Source: Octopus vulgaris (Eukaryota). Taken from it: a stretch of DNA of 64,000 nucleotides. The stretch is from assembly GCA_951406725.2 (NCBI GenBank), contig OX597816.1:51646001-51710000 (forward strand), read 5' to 3'. A program made the translations under genes and the position numbers. Positions 1 to 15,124 of the stretch are shown here, in pieces (position 1 is the stretch's first letter; each line of letters starts with the position of its first letter). Under the pieces are notes generated by a model. It worked only from the letters and a program-made list of their open reading frames with translations, was not told the DNA's origin and searched no databases.

Positions 1-145
1 GTTTCCGTCTACAAATCCACTCGCATGGCTTTAATCGCACCGTGGTTATAGTAGGAGACACACGCCCAAGTTGCCTCGTAGTGGGGACGAAACCGGAAAC
101 ATGTGGTTATGGAACAAGCTTTTTACCACACAGCCTGGCTTACGA
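1..145 (-). mobile_element. tRNA-derived SINE (family A), 5' portion, cut by the window edge
   Basis: gtttccgtctac..aaatccactc..cccaag..gaaac(c)atgtggtt..ttaccacacagcc matches 511-650 and 32680-32823. Confidence 0.75.
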
Positions 146-250
146 CTAAAAAATCATGTAGAAAATATGTTTTTGGCGTTGAGATGAAAGAAAAATCAGT
201 CTTCAACATAATTCAAATGAATTCTCTATAATGAACATCATGTGCATTCT

Positions 251-415
251 CTTTACTCTTTTTACTTGTTTCAGTCATTTGACTGCGGCCATGCTGGAGC
301 ACCGCCTTTAGTCGAGCAAATCGACCCCAGGACTTATTCTTTGAAAGCACGGGGACGTAAACACACCAGCGTCGGTTGTCAAGCAATGTTGGAGGGACAA
401 ACACAGACACACACA

Positions 416-479
<64 letters not shown>

Positions 480-653
480 CTTATACATATATACGACGGG
501 CTTCTTTCAGTTTCCGTCTACCAAATCCACTCACAAAGCTTTGTTCGGCCTAAGGCTATTGTAGAAGACACTTGCCCAAGGTGCCACGCTGTGAGACTAA
601 ACCCGGAACCATGTGGTTGGCAAGCAAGCTACCTACCACGCAGCCACTCCTGC
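251..653 (-). mobile_element. tRNA-derived SINE (family A) with internal (CA)n/(TA)n
   Basis: Minus strand starts gcaggagtggctgcgtggtag...ggttccgggtttagtc (tRNA-like A/B boxes) and ends ggcggtgctccagcatggccgcagtcaaatgactgaaacaagtaaaaagag; related copies at 1-145, 32211-32823, 57843-58150; possible TSD tgcattct at 243-250 and 651-658. Confidence 0.85.
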
Positions 654-973
654 ATTCTTCAAGTTAACTTCATCATATATTTATCATTCGTCAGGCGATA
701 ATTCAGAAAAAAGCTTTTAGTTTGAATTTTTTTTTTTTTTTTTTTTGAATGAATAGATTCTCGGAGATTGAATCGCGGCGGGTGGGAGAGAGATTAATAT
801 TCAGAACTTAAATGGATCTAATTAAGTACTACAGTGTATTTTCTTTAACACTCACCTTATTGTCCTACTTACTGACCTGATTTCAATTTAATATTCATCA
901 AAAATAGGTTACCAAGGGATTTAAGATTGACCACTCCTCCCAGGAATTTCGTTTTCTCATTTAATCAACATGT

Positions 974-1032
<59 letters not shown>

Positions 1033-1250
1033 TATAGTAGTAGTAGTAGTAGTGGTGGTGGTGGTGATGTCGGCGACGGCGCGGTGGTGGTGGTGATGTC
1101 GGCGACGGCGCGGTGGTGGTGCTGGTGGTGCTGGTGGTTGTGGTGGTGGTGGTGGTGGTGGTGGTGGTGGTGGTGGTGATGTCGGTGGCCGTGGCGGCGT
1201 TGGTGGTGGTGGTGAAAGTAGTAGTAGTAGTAGTTGTTGTAATAGTAGTG
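974..1250. repeat. (AGT)n/(GGT)n trinucleotide microsatellite complex
   Basis: Directly visible; explains the poly-S/V/W/H ORFs. Confidence 0.95.
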
Positions 1251-1449
1251 TATTGGGGGTTTGTTAGCGCACAGAAAACAATTTTTAACAGTATTTCTGA
1301 CGACTCTACTTTTCAAATGTCGCCCAGATCGACTTTGCATTTTATAAATTTGGGGTCAATAAAAGTTACCAGTCGAAGACTGTGGTGATTTAATCGATTA
1401 TCCCCCTCCCACAAAATCTCGGGCTTTGTATTATTTACAGTAAAATGGA

Positions 1450-1463
1450 TACTAGTAGTACAT

Positions 1464-1518
<55 letters not shown>

Positions 1519-1657
1519 CAGCAGCAGCAGTAGTAGTAGTAGTAGTAGTAGCAGCACCAGCAGTAGTAGTACAGCAGCAATAGTAATAGTAGTAGCAGCA
1601 GCAGTTGTAATAGTAGTAGTAGTAGCAGCAGTAGTAGTAGTAATAGTAGTAGTAGTG

Positions 1658-1691
<34 letters not shown>

Positions 1692-1738
1692 TGGTGGTAG
1701 TGGCAGCAGCAGCAGAGAGTAGTAGTAGTAGTAGTAGA

Positions 1739-1799
<61 letters not shown>

Positions 1800-1895
1800 T
1801 ATAGTGGTGGTGGCGGCGGCGGTCGGCGGCGTCGTCGTTGTGCTTCTACTGCTGCTGTTGCCTCTGATGCTGCTGCTGCTGCTGCTGCTGCTGGA
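1450..1895. repeat. (AGT)n/(AGC)n/(GCT)n microsatellite complex
   Basis: Directly visible. Confidence 0.95.
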
Positions 1896-2141
1896 GTTGT
1901 TGGTGATTTATGTTGCCTTTTAAACTCAGTTTCCTAAACTGTAATCATTCATGAACAGACCTATGCTCAAAAACGCTCGCTATTTTTTCTTCTGTGTTTG
2001 TCTGTCTTTCCGGGATAGTATTTCAAGGACTATATGATCCGATGTGTCCGCTGGTGTAATTCAAGACGGTGAAGGGTGTGATATGACGGAAGTTTACCCC
2101 CGTCTAATTCTAATAGCAAAAGTCATCACACTGAAGTACCT

Positions 2142-2374
2142 ATTTCTTTACTACCCACAAGGGGCTAAACACAGAGGGAACAAACAAGGACAGACAAAGG
2201 AATTAAGTCGATTATATCGGTCCCAGTGCGTAACTGGTACTTATTTAACCGAACCCCGAAAGGATGAGAGGGAAAGTCGACATCGGCAGAATTTGAACTC
2301 AGAACGTTGCGGCAGACGAAATACTGCTAAACATTTCGCCCGGCGTGCTAACGATTCTGCCAGCTCGCCGCCTT
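2142..2374 (-). mobile_element. SINE (family B), full length, with 17-bp TSD
   Basis: Minus strand ggcggcgagctggcagaatcgttagcacgccgggcgaaatg...gagttcaaattc; flanked by direct repeat atcacactgaagtacct at 2125-2141 and 2375-2391; homologous to 46350-46764 and 48246-48620. Confidence 0.9.
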
Positions 2375-2412
2375 ATCACACTGAAGTACCTTTAATTCAA
2401 AACTATGTGGTC

Positions 2413-2606
2413 GAGTAGTAGTAGTAGTAGTAGTAGTTGTAGTAGTAGTAGTAGCAGCAGCAGCAGTTGTAGTAGTAGTAGTAGTAGCAGCAGTAGTAAT
2501 AGTAGTAGTAGCAGTAGTATTAATAGTAGTTGCAGTAGTAATAGTAGTAGCAGCAGCAGTAGTAATAGTAGTAGCAGCAGCAGCAGCAGTAGTAGTAGCA
2601 GTAGTG

Positions 2607-2647
<41 letters not shown>

Positions 2648-2650
2648 GGT
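2413..2650. repeat. (AGT)n/(AGC)n microsatellite
   Basis: Directly visible. Confidence 0.95.
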
Positions 2651-3653
2651 GAAGGCGGTGATAACAGTAGCAGCTGCTTTAGTGAAATGCGTGTTGCGTG
2701 TTAGTGCATTCAATTCACGAAACAATGTGAAGGGAGATAAAAATTGTGCATTGTAAAAAGGAAAATATTTAGCATTTTGATGAGAACCATTAATCAAACA
2801 AGGAAATGCGACTGACAGAAGCGCCAATGGCCCTTATCTTTTTTGTATTTTAAAACTTTTAGATATTATATTTATTTTTAGATATTTTTGTTATATTTTA
2901 CTTATATTTCTCTTTTTTTTTTTCATACATATATTTTATTTAAATTTTTAACGTCAATGTTCTCCGCCATTTTCCAGTTGTTGATATTTCTTGGTTGTTT
3001 TTAGCGGAGGAAGACAATGAGAAAATTACTGAAATTTAATGGACGAGAAACAAAAAAAACAAAAAAAAAAACAAAAAAAAAACGCATCAATTGAAAGCAG
3101 CACTTCAACACAAAGATGGTATAATTCTTTATTCGGTTCTTAAAAGAAGAAGAATGTGTTTATTGATCACATAAGAAAATTATAAATCGGAAAGAAAGAA
3201 AAAAAAAAGGAATAATTGTCTTTAAAAAAAAAGAAAAAAAAGAAAAAAAATCAAATTATATAAGAAATCAAACTATGATAAAATTCAATGAATATTCAAG
3301 CTTTTGTATTTTGTTAATACCATAATCGATGAAATGAAATAAAAAATAATGTTTCAGCAGTTAGAAGCAAAAATCAGTGTTATTGAGAGCAGTGTTGAGC
3401 TAGAAGGAAATACATTCTTCAGTTATAAATGGTAAACGTGTATATTTACTTTGATTTCCAATGTGGAAATTACTGAAAGAATCATTAGTTTGATGAATTG
3501 TTGGTTAATATGTAATTAAAACATAGACCCACACACACACAAAAAAATATGCCTGACCGACTTCATACACACACACACATATATATATATACACATATGT
3601 ATATGTGTGTGTATGAGTGTGACTATGTGTATATGTATATTTCTATATATGTG

Positions 3654-3688
<35 letters not shown>

Positions 3689-3776
3689 TATATGTGTATG
3701 TATGTATGTATATATATATATATATCATATATGTGTATGTATGTATATATATATATATATATAAATATATATATAT

Positions 3777-3841
<65 letters not shown>

Positions 3842-4343
3842 ATATATATCATATATGTTGGTGTGTGCTTCTTGTACGTTGGGATGGTCATTTTGTCAAT
3901 AAAATACATTCCCTGGTTGTATTTTTATCATTATCGATCTTCTAGTCAACTAAGTAACTAATTAACTAGTAAATTCTTTGATCACTCGTTTGATCAATCA
4001 TATTGTTGATCAGAATAGTTACGTCGCAATTTCCGAATGAAATGATAATGCAGTTTATACGTTCCACTTCAAACATAATATTTTGTAGCAGATTTCAAGC
4101 ACAAGATGGTACTCCCCTGATAACTTGGCAGACTGTGACAAATGGACTCTGGTTGATCAAACAATTAATCCACGAATTGATTAAGTAATTGTTTAAGCAA
4201 TTAGTTAGTTAACAGATAATAAATTTGAAAGGAGAAAGTACATATAATTTCCTTGGCAAAATAACTATCCCCAGGTGTTATAACACGATTTCATATCAAT
4301 ATATACATGTATATACATACGTACAGACATATTTTTATATACT

Positions 4344-4391
<48 letters not shown>

Positions 4392-4395
4392 GCAC

Positions 4396-4441
<46 letters not shown>

Positions 4442-4448
4442 ATATATG

Positions 4449-4482
<34 letters not shown>

Positions 4483-5899
4483 CAGCAAAGTATTTGTGTC
4501 TGGTAAGCCTCTTTTGTTTTCTTATGGTATGGTTTCTTTTATCTATTTGTAATATATTTTAAAGCAAAATCGCTAGTGTTTCCGACTAATTACAGTTATG
4601 TGAGTCTTATTTATCCACCTAGCCTAAAATCACTTTTGATATATTTCTTAGTGAATTTCAAAACAAATGGCGGGACAATGCGTGAATCTTGGTAATCATT
4701 CACCTTATAATTAGGCTTCGTAATTAACTGTGTGTGTGTACAATACGAAAGTTTCAGGTACTTTCATTGTTTTAGTTTTTTTCCTTTGTCTTCGTTTATT
4801 TTCCTTTTTCAAGGATGATTTTCGTTTTGAATCAGTGGAGGTCAAACGAATAAAGTAGTTTTATAATTATAGGACAGTTTAGTGTAATGGCAAATATACA
4901 ACCATCTGACATATATAAAAGAAAAAAAAGGAATAAATGGAGCTTCCCAGCTCGTAATAAGACCATCGTACACTGTAATAAGAACGGTACATCAACATTA
5001 CAATACATATCATACTAGAAGAGACAGTAGTTTAGATTTATACCGCAGAATATCTTACCAACAGGATTTACAGTTCTGTTTTATGTATATCGTGAAGCCC
5101 ACAGACATAATGCAAGTTTCAAGAAATACAAGCTTTATAAAATATCAGCAAGTAACTGTGTGATGTAACACAAACGAAGGTGGCTTAATGCAAATAACAA
5201 TTAAGTAGTAACCTTGAAATACTTAAAATATATAATTTGAAAAATGAAAGTGAAAGTAACACACGTGACTAACATAACAGCGACTAAGGTAACAGAGGCA
5301 CATGCTATATGGTATACAACGTAAGTCAGTCATGAAAACGATTCATAAAAGATGACGTCACATTGTGTTTTGTTAATACAAAACAATATAAATAAGTATG
5401 TTTCAATGTGTCCAATTAGAAATTAAAATTTTACGTAAGTGAAATTATTCATTAGGAGCCATTTAAAAACTAAACTATAGGAGTAAATATTTAGGTATAG
5501 CTGTGCGTGCAGATATATGGAGAGAGAGTGTGTGTGCTTATGTGTGTATCAGTGTTTGTGTGTATACGTGTATTCTTTATGTCATTTGTCTTGTTCGTCA
5601 GCATATTATATACATATGTATATGTATATATATATATTTATATATATATATATAAATATACATATATATATATAAATATGTATATATATATATATATATA
5701 CATACATATATATGTATATATATATATATATATATATAGACAGAGAGATAGATAGATGAACAGATAGATATATAGACAGATACATATATAGGTAGATAGA
5801 AAAATGATATAGGATTATGTAAATTATATAATAATGTATGAATATGTATTTACAAACACACACTTAACACACAAGCTAGTACCCACACACACACACATA

Positions 5900-5980
<81 letters not shown>

Positions 5981-6616
5981 ATATACATACACCAGGATAT
6001 AAGCTTCTCTACACATATACATACAAATGTATTGTAAAATAGATAATATTTGTACGTGTTAGAATAAGTTTAGACCGATCTAATATACTGAAATGACACT
6101 GCTTGTGAATCATTCGGGAATGAAGCACAGGAAGTTCACTACAAGTTACAAAATTTGTGTACGTGTGTATATATGTATATATGTGTGTGTGCGTGTGTGT
6201 GTATTCACATATATTATATATATATATATTGCACATTCGTGTACATTCCACGGTTGCAGCGATAGAGTCAGTTGAGTTTTCACGAATATTTGATCATTGT
6301 AAAAGATAAATTTGCCTACTGAACAACACACATTCTGATTGGTGGAATATTGAGAAGACTTAAGATACGGGTAGGAGGCATAAACTAAATAAGTATTATC
6401 ATATTCTACAGGATGTGCTGAGATGCTGTTGCCTTATCCATGATAAACGACCAGTATGTGCGTTTGTGTGGGTTTCTGTGTATATTTATACAATACATAT
6501 GTATGCATACCTATTGCATGTAAATATATACATATACACTTGCATATGTATCTATATATACATACCTAAACCTATATATATATATACATGTGCCTGAGTG
6601 TGTGCGTGTGTGTGTT

Positions 6617-6674
<58 letters not shown>

Positions 6675-6949
6675 CTCACACAGATATGTACGAATGCATA
6701 GCGAAATTGTTACATTTTTCCTGAAACTTTACATCGTGACGGAGTTTTATGAAATAATTTTAGGCAACATCTAAATTTAAACATTCAAAATCATGTCGTG
6801 TAATATATCCTAATAAATCCAACGTCCAACGTATTTTTAATAAATAACACAAATATTCATGTACTACTAAGTACGTCATGTACTTCTACATAACATGCCA
6901 TTTTCCTTGAAAGAGATTTAGCAAATTCGCTCATCTTGGTTGTAACAAT

Positions 6950-7006
<57 letters not shown>

Positions 7007-7545
7007 AGGTATTTACATGTATCTGGGTGTGTCTGGGTGTGCAAGGGAAGACAAAATGTTTTCCTGAGAGTTGATTTTTATTATTACGTGGCCCGTAAAA
7101 GAAAATATTATTCGAACAGTCCTGCGTTCCATTTGTAATCGTTTTCTCCTTTCGGAAATAGGAACGATTACGATTCATTTCAGCTTCAATTTTCAAAGAG
7201 AGAAATTTGTAATTTGAGTGTAAACTTTAGCGACCTTGTAGTAGTTCATTTCGTTAACTCCATCAAATATGATATTTACTTTAAACATACATTATATTAC
7301 ATTCCGGTTGAGACCAAAATATGAGGGTTATTTTATTCTTTGTGCGATTTCAAGCACTTAAATCATCAATGATTATATATATATAAGAGATAAGAGGAAA
7401 ACACTTTTGATAAGCATAACAAATGCGCAACCGGTAAAAAGAACTTTCACCTAATTAAATTACTTAAATTACTTAAATTATTTTGTCAGCATTTTCTTCA
7501 TTTCCTTTTTTATATATCACAACTCGTGTTCCACATCTCCTTTTT

Positions 7546-7638
<93 letters not shown>

Positions 7639-8065
7639 TTGTATGTATATATATAATTATATATCAAACACAACAGTGATACTTACAAATACTTATATAT
7701 GTACATAATATATATATATATTTATATATAAATGCGTTTATATGCATGTTTATGAATGCATATACACTTATGTATGCAGATTGCTACATTTTTTGTGTGT
7801 ACGTACACATGTCAATATCTATGTATGTATGTATGTATGTATGTATGTATGTATGTATGTATGTATGTATGTGTCAACAAAATAATAGAGTTCTTTTCCT
7901 TGCACTGGGTCGTCCAGTTTACCTTGAAATCATCTACAGAAAGTGGGAAAAACTAATTGTTACGTGAATCGTCTGAAATTGTATCGATGCTCAGTACGGT
8001 ATGCAACATAAATAAACGAAAGTATAAGGATACATATATGTGTTTGTACGTGTATATATATATAT

Positions 8066-8429
8066 CGTTGCTATTATACAAAAATGTCGTAAGTCCAAAA
8101 AGTGGGTTTTTCAGGAAACGGAAAAATGGTTTCACCATTCCATTTCTTTTTACGTTAGCAACAGTTTCCGCTTAACAATAATACTTTGTTGGGTACATAA
8201 AATCGTAATTCCTTGCATGTATGATATTTTTGTCGTATGTAAGACTTACTGCACTCTTGAAAATGCTAAACCATCGTACTACAATTTGACAATTTTCATA
8301 TCTTGGCATCTGAAGCAGCGGGAGATACGATAGTTCAACCAAAAGAATCGGTTATTTCAAGCAAAAGCAAATATTGGAAAACAGCATTTGACCAAATTTG
8401 GACTACGACAGATTAAAATAATAGCAACG
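8066..8429. mobile_element. MITE-like element with degenerate terminal inverted repeats, in (TA)n
   Basis: Left end cgttgctattat..tgtcgtaagtccaaa; right end reverse-complements to cgttgctattat..tgtcgtagtccaaa; no ORF. Confidence 0.6.
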
Positions 8430-8493
8430 GCATATATATATGTGTATATATATATATATAATATAAATAATATGTATGTACATATATATGCAC

Positions 8494-8524
<31 letters not shown>

Positions 8525-8589
8525 CAAACATATATATATATACATATATATGTATACATACTTACATATATATGTATATACATATGCAT

Positions 8590-8740
8590 ATATGGGTACA
8601 GGGTGTCATAAAACGTAAACAACATGAAATACGAAAACAGGGAATACGAAATTTTTTGCAGACAACGAAAGAAACAAATGGAAAACAAGACAAGTAACAT
8701 AAAGAACGTCCTTTCATCAGTTGTCGACTATTTTATCTAT
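8590..8740 (-). mobile_element. Fragment of the non-coding repeat family also at 24303-25208 and 38565-39420 (probably PLE-associated)
   Basis: Shared tatgggtacag...aaacg(t)a(g)aac..gaaa..cgaaaaca...cttt/cttcatcag segments. Confidence 0.55.
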
Positions 8741-8757
8741 ATATGTGTGTGTGTGTT

Positions 8758-8840
<83 letters not shown>

Positions 8841-8960
8841 TAAAGTATATGTGTATATATATTTCTATACATGTATGCACTCATTTTCAATGTATGAAAT
8901 ATAAATAGACATGTTTTTGTGTATGTATGTAGATATGTTTATATATATTTGTATATATAC

Positions 8961-9009
<49 letters not shown>

Positions 9010-11744
9010 TAGAGAGAGTGATAAATAGATAGTTGCCTTTGGGAATGTGTGTGTTCGTGTGTAAGTGTGTTTGTACGTGTGTATGGGTGTGTGGATGCGT
9101 TTTTGTGTGTGTACGAATAAAAGTTTTATAATTAAACAAACATTTTTGCAAATATTCTGTGTCAGACTGAAAAGTTAATCAACTTTTATGCTTAGAGGTG
9201 TTTCAGTATGGACAAAGAATACCTTTATGTTTTAAATGTTCTTTGAGTTAGGTTGCGTCTACTCGAACATTTTAAATCTCATACTAATGGATTGAGACAG
9301 TGATTTAAAAATAAAATGCAAGGAAGTTAATTGGGCGAGCTAAGTGCATCACCAGATACTATTCAATTTGTTATCGTTCATTTATTTTTGATCTATTGCC
9401 ATCCATGTTGAAGGTGTCTGGCATTTATATCAAGGCAGAGTAATACCGCAATGGTCATAAACTTAGAGTATACTGAACTTTTTGAATATCTAAATAATGA
9501 GTTTAAAGACAGAACAATAGTCAATTTTTCATTGCTTCCTAGTGTTGGTACAAGTGGTCACTATATGTGTGATACTTAGTTCATGGAGCCTGGAACATAT
9601 ACCATCAGCTTTAATAATTCTACTAATTCGACCAATCAACATCTGTCAACTGGATTCATTATGAAATCAGAAAAGATTAAAGGCAATGTTAAATCTAATA
9701 AATTCAACGTGAAAGCCATAAAACGCCTAACATCGTAGTTTTATGCAGTGCAAGAGGAATAAGTCTAGAGGACGGACATGTTCCCGTCCAAGCAGCACAC
9801 TTTAGTATATCCGACTTCTAAATATCAAGGACCGTTGACATCTAGTATTTGCACTATCATAGCTAATATTCTGTGAGTTGCCACTAGCTGCAGACATGAC
9901 ACACTTTTAGCTGAATGGACTGGAGGACGACGAAATGATGTCCAAGAACACAAACAGGAATCGAAATCGTTTCTTCGATACCAGCACGATAACAATTATT
10001 ACGCTTAATGGTGTTGCTAATCTTGTAGCTGGAGATTTGTACACTAAACTGAAGTTTACGAGCTCTAGAGGATACTAACTGTTTGCTATAGAAGCACAAG
10101 ACCAAATGTTTTGACGGATAGTTTGTTATATATATATATTTTTTTGTGTGTATGTATGTCTTACTTCATGCTCTTGGTCATTTGCCACCATTTTAGCCAT
10201 GTGTATTTTACATAAATTGCCACAATGATAGACATTTGAATGACTTGACTCCAGTATGTATTCTGTATATTTTAAGAAGTATGCAAATGTAATTTTTTAA
10301 AAGTATGCATTTAATTTCAAATGCAGCGTGATGAATATTAATATTTTAGATATTTACGCGGATGCCCGAAATTTGAAGTCAGTGTACAGCCTTCAGCAAA
10401 GCAATACATTAATCTTAAACTTGTAGAGCTTGTCCCACATTTCTACGAAAGTTTTGTAATCGATTACATCGATTGCATTGTATGACTGTTCCTTATCCAC
10501 CATTCCTTCGCAACACTTCCCTTGACTTGGTGGCAATTCTTTGCAATTAAATGAATCCGAATGCTAAATTCCCAAGTGTTAGTTATTCAATATTCTCTAC
10601 ATTCATTTCCTTTAATTCCTTATCACAAGATGCTTTTATGTAAAAACATCTTTCAATTTTTATATGCGTTAGCACAATAATACCGGGAAACTTATGTTCA
10701 TGCCACATATCTGTCCTTTTTTACTATGGCCAAACACTTCCACAACATATCTTCCGATGCATTTTGCCTGGGCTAATTTATTGTATTCATTTATCAGATG
10801 TGCTACACAATCGCTCTTTCTATGTTGCAGATTGTACAGCGTGCAGATACAGTGGATTTGTCTTTTATGTACTTTGATACAGGACATTCTAAAATCTGTT
10901 TCTTGTGATTCAGATGCTAATTAATATTTATCAACATCCATAAGCTTATAACTTTACCTACTAGTAATCTAAATTTCAAATGTCTTCTTTTCAGTTGACC
11001 ACTGCACACTGGAATCTCTCAGAGAACGACATAACGAATTTATTCCATGATTTATCAAAAAACACTTTATTCCTACCCGCATAACATTCACTCTCTGTTA
11101 ACATTGATCTATAGATGTTTATAAATAAATCGATAAGATACCAACATTTTGGATGATGTTTGGAATGGGTGGCTATTTTGATTTGCATGAATCGATTTTC
11201 ATTTTTTTTTTATCGCCTTTTTTGATAATTTTATCTAGATGACACTTTGAAGCATTACTGCCCCACTTTCGATTTTCAATGTAAAATTCTTCATATACAT
11301 ATCGACTCCTTTTCAGAATGGAATGGGATGAAAGGGTTCCCATTTATATTGGATTGATTGGAAATCGAATGTACCATGTAACTATGAAAAATATAAGCTT
11401 CTATTTCTTTTCCTCTTTTGAGTTCAAATACTGCCGAGAATTATTTTTCATTCATACTTCTGAGGAGTGATAAAATAAATACCAGTCAATTACTATGGTA
11501 GATTCACTCGGGTATATCCGTCCACCGACTTCCACCTGGATTGGTAGATTCGCATGAACAACAGAAGAAATGTCTTGCGATATTGTTTCTGAGTTCAAAC
11601 TCTGTTGAGATTAACTTAGACTTTCAACTTTTCCTGGTCAATAAAATAAAATAAAGAAACAATCTAATACTTGGGCTAATGTTATCGACTAACTTATGTC
11701 ACCAGTAAAAAGAAACTGACTTTTTGGTTAAAATTGGAACAAAG

Positions 11745-11925
11745 GGCGGCGATCTGGCAGAATCCGTTAAATTGTTGTAATAAAAATGTCTCCATGTATT
11801 TTTGACACAACTTTACATTTTCAGTTCAAATCGCACCGAGGCCAACTTTGTTACTAAGTACCTGTCAAGTACTGATGTCGATGGTGTCGACTAACCCCCT
11901 CCCCTCAAAATTACAGGCTTGAACT
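11745..11925 (+). mobile_element. Degenerate SINE family B copy (more decayed pieces at ~11420-11700)
   Basis: ggcggcgatctggcagaatccgtta...agttcaaatcgcaccgaggccaactttg...aagtacc...gtcgat..gtcgactaacccc. Confidence 0.65.
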
Positions 11926-13344
11926 AGATAATAAATTATAATTATATGTAACTGCAGTAGTGAGAAGTTTTAGGAATATCGTGTCGTTCCAAAGGCAAAT
12001 GCCACCTGTTTAGCGACTGTTTCCAACAACTATGAGGTATATGTGAAGTTATACGGAATAAACCATCATTGACAAATCTAAGGAATTCAATCAAGCGCTG
12101 AATATTGGCAGAGTTGTTAGGCCATCAGAGAAGAGACATGAAGAGAGTTGATCCGGAATTTTCTTGCTGTGATATCTCCTTGGACAACATCAGTATCGTA
12201 CAGAAAAGAAATTAACACGCATGAAAAATCACTTGTTTCCACAATATGAAATTTGCCCAGGGCTCTGCATACAAACAAATACATGGTTAACCCTGACCGA
12301 GGGCGACCTCACACACACTCAAACATATGCATACACACTCACAAATACAAAACACGCATAAACAAACATAGACAAACACACATCGTAAATGTGTCATTGT
12401 AACCATTTATAGATCGTCATAACATTTTATGTTCATTATATTGAATATTTCGTTTATACATTCCATTTCATTCATATATTTTTTCATTATGTTTAAAAAC
12501 GTCGGTTCCATTTTACAATTCGTCCAGTAAGTTTTTAAAGAGTTAGTAAATTCTGGAAGATATCTTTATTGCTGCTATTATTCATGTTTGGTAGAATGAT
12601 GGTAGATTGACAAAATCGGTTTAGTACCGGATAAAATATAGCAAAAGTATGGTGGGCAGTAGAATCGAGAAAGCGGTAGATGGTAGTACTTGTTCTACGT
12701 ATTTACACACTTTGAAGTACAGATTTCAAATGCTATCGATATCAATTTTGCTTTTATCATTTTAGAATCTATAAAGCAATATATCAAATGATTGTGTTGA
12801 TTAATTTAATGAAAACCTTTTGCCAAAGTTACAAATAGTGGTATTATTGAATAGCACCGTAATGTAGGTGGCTAGTTCACGATGCCAATGAAGCAAATCA
12901 TCACTTGAATCAAATTCCTATATGTTTGTACGCTGTTGTTAGAAGAGAGTAATGGCGTTATTAGTCAGGCTCTATTATGACGACCGGAATGAGCAAAATG
13001 TCAAGATAAATGATTTTTTATTAATTTCTGGTTGTTACACAAGCTACAACTTGTTTCATTCGTTACATTTTATATCAATATTTAACACGGCGTGTCATAG
13101 TTAACAACCGATCAGCATTCGTTTTTTTACTTTCTCATTAAGTCATCAATTTGGTTAGCAGACTGCTAACAGTAAAACGATAACTATAATATACAGAGCA
13201 AATATAAAACATGGGTAACGAAACAAACATAAAATATTTACATTCTCTTGCGTTTGTTGATAAATTTATATGTCGTCTACTATCTATAATTGATAAACAT
13301 GAGACAGTATCTCGTAAGCACAATATATCTTTTCCGTTAATATT

Positions 13345-13506
13345 TATACCCATTAAAGGACCTACTCCAGTGGGAGCGAACAAATGACGATGTTCAACAA
13401 ATCGGCGTAATCACCCATACACATTTTGCTCTCACCACTTTTATCTGCGTTGCCCGTACACGATGTCACTTTACTCCCACGAGTATGGGCCCTTTAAGGA
13501 ATATAC
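13345..13506. mobile_element. Short MITE-like foldback
   Basis: ttaaaggacctactccagtgggag..atgac versus reverse complement of the right arm ttaaagggcccatactcgtgggagtaaagtgac. Confidence 0.5.
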
Positions 13507-13678
13507 CTAGACAGTTGTTTACGCACAAGTAGCGATGCAGATGCCCTGGTTTCCACTTGCACGCGAGAACGCTTGCTCACGCCTACATTTGCAAAGATGA
13601 ATAATAACGACTTCATATTTATATATGATACAATAGGTGCCCATCATGTATGCATACGTATGTATATATATAACTATA

Positions 13679-13739
<61 letters not shown>

Positions 13740-14350
13740 TTACATATATATACAACGGTGCATGAATATGTGTATATATATATATATACATATACATGTG
13801 TGTATATGTATATAGAGAGATAAATTCAAAAATCATATATATATTTTTCATTTTTAAATGCACAAATCCATATGCGGGGTTAGTGCATGTATAAGCTTTG
13901 TAGATTTTCTCGGAGTAGGGGCATTTAACATTTAACATTTGGAATCCAACAGGAATATTTACACAGTTTCGATGCAACGTCGGAAGCCATTGAATTCCAT
14001 GTCTGTGTTTTAGTCTTAATCTCACGTTGTATTACAATTAATAAATTGTTACTTATCTTTGAAGAACAAGGGCGAGCACATCTTCCCTCGTTTAAATTAT
14101 ACTTGTAAAATTCAAATGGTAAATACGTAACCGTTGCACTAGCAGAGTGTTTTCGTTCGTATCGTTGTTAACCTGGGTGTTATTGTTCCTGCTGGTACTA
14201 TTGTTATTTCTCATGCAATTCCATATGTCAGTATGTTACTGCCTCTTTTATTATCGTTATCGCTCTGACGTATTGTATTTGTTATTTTAGATATCGATCT
14301 TGTTCCGTGTCTTATAATCCTTGTCTTATCATCATCATCATTATCACCAC

Positions 14351-14389
<39 letters not shown>

Positions 14390-15124
14390 TATTATCATCA
14401 TCGTCATCATGAACACGATCATAAACATCATTATTGTTATTTTACGTTTATGGTAACCGTAAAGCTCTCGGAATTCTTAAGAGACTCATCAGGATAATAT
14501 TTATTCCAATGAGAATAGAATTTTAGAACGTTCGCATATGTTTCGTAATGCACGAGCCACTTAGTTGGTGCTATAGTTTTGAAAATATTGGTTTTTTTTA
14601 ATTAAAATACGTCCACCGTCTTCCAATGCCGCCAAGGTCGACACGCCCTTCATTGTTTCGTGGGCGATATAATAAGTACCAGCTGATGTAAGCTACTAGA
14701 CCTTTCTCAAAAGAATTCCAGGTAAAATGGAAGAATAGTTAAAATGATAAACAAAAATGCTTGGCGGCATTTTATACGTCTTTACTATCTAAGTTCAAAT
14801 TCCACCGTGGTCGAGGATGTTTTTCATTCTTCCGGGGTCGATGAAATAAGTACTGGTTGCACACTGGGGTCGATGCGATCAAATAACACTTCCGTCCAAA
14901 ATTCTAAGCCTTGTACTTTGTTACTGTTGTTGTTGTTGGTGGTGGTAGTGGTGCTGTTAGACAATCAGCAGAGCGCGTTACGATTTGAAATAGATTGTTT
15001 ATTTAACGCTCCAAACCGTTAAATAAACAATCTATTACAAATCGCATCGGGCGCTTCTTATTCTCTATTTACCTTCGTGAAGAATTTCTTCAATCTTTAT
15101 AAATCATCTTTGTTATTATGATTA

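Noticed and set aside
9300-11300. Complex repeat-poor sequence that might be an old coding or transposon relic
   Set aside because: No recognisable motif or sustained reading frame by eye
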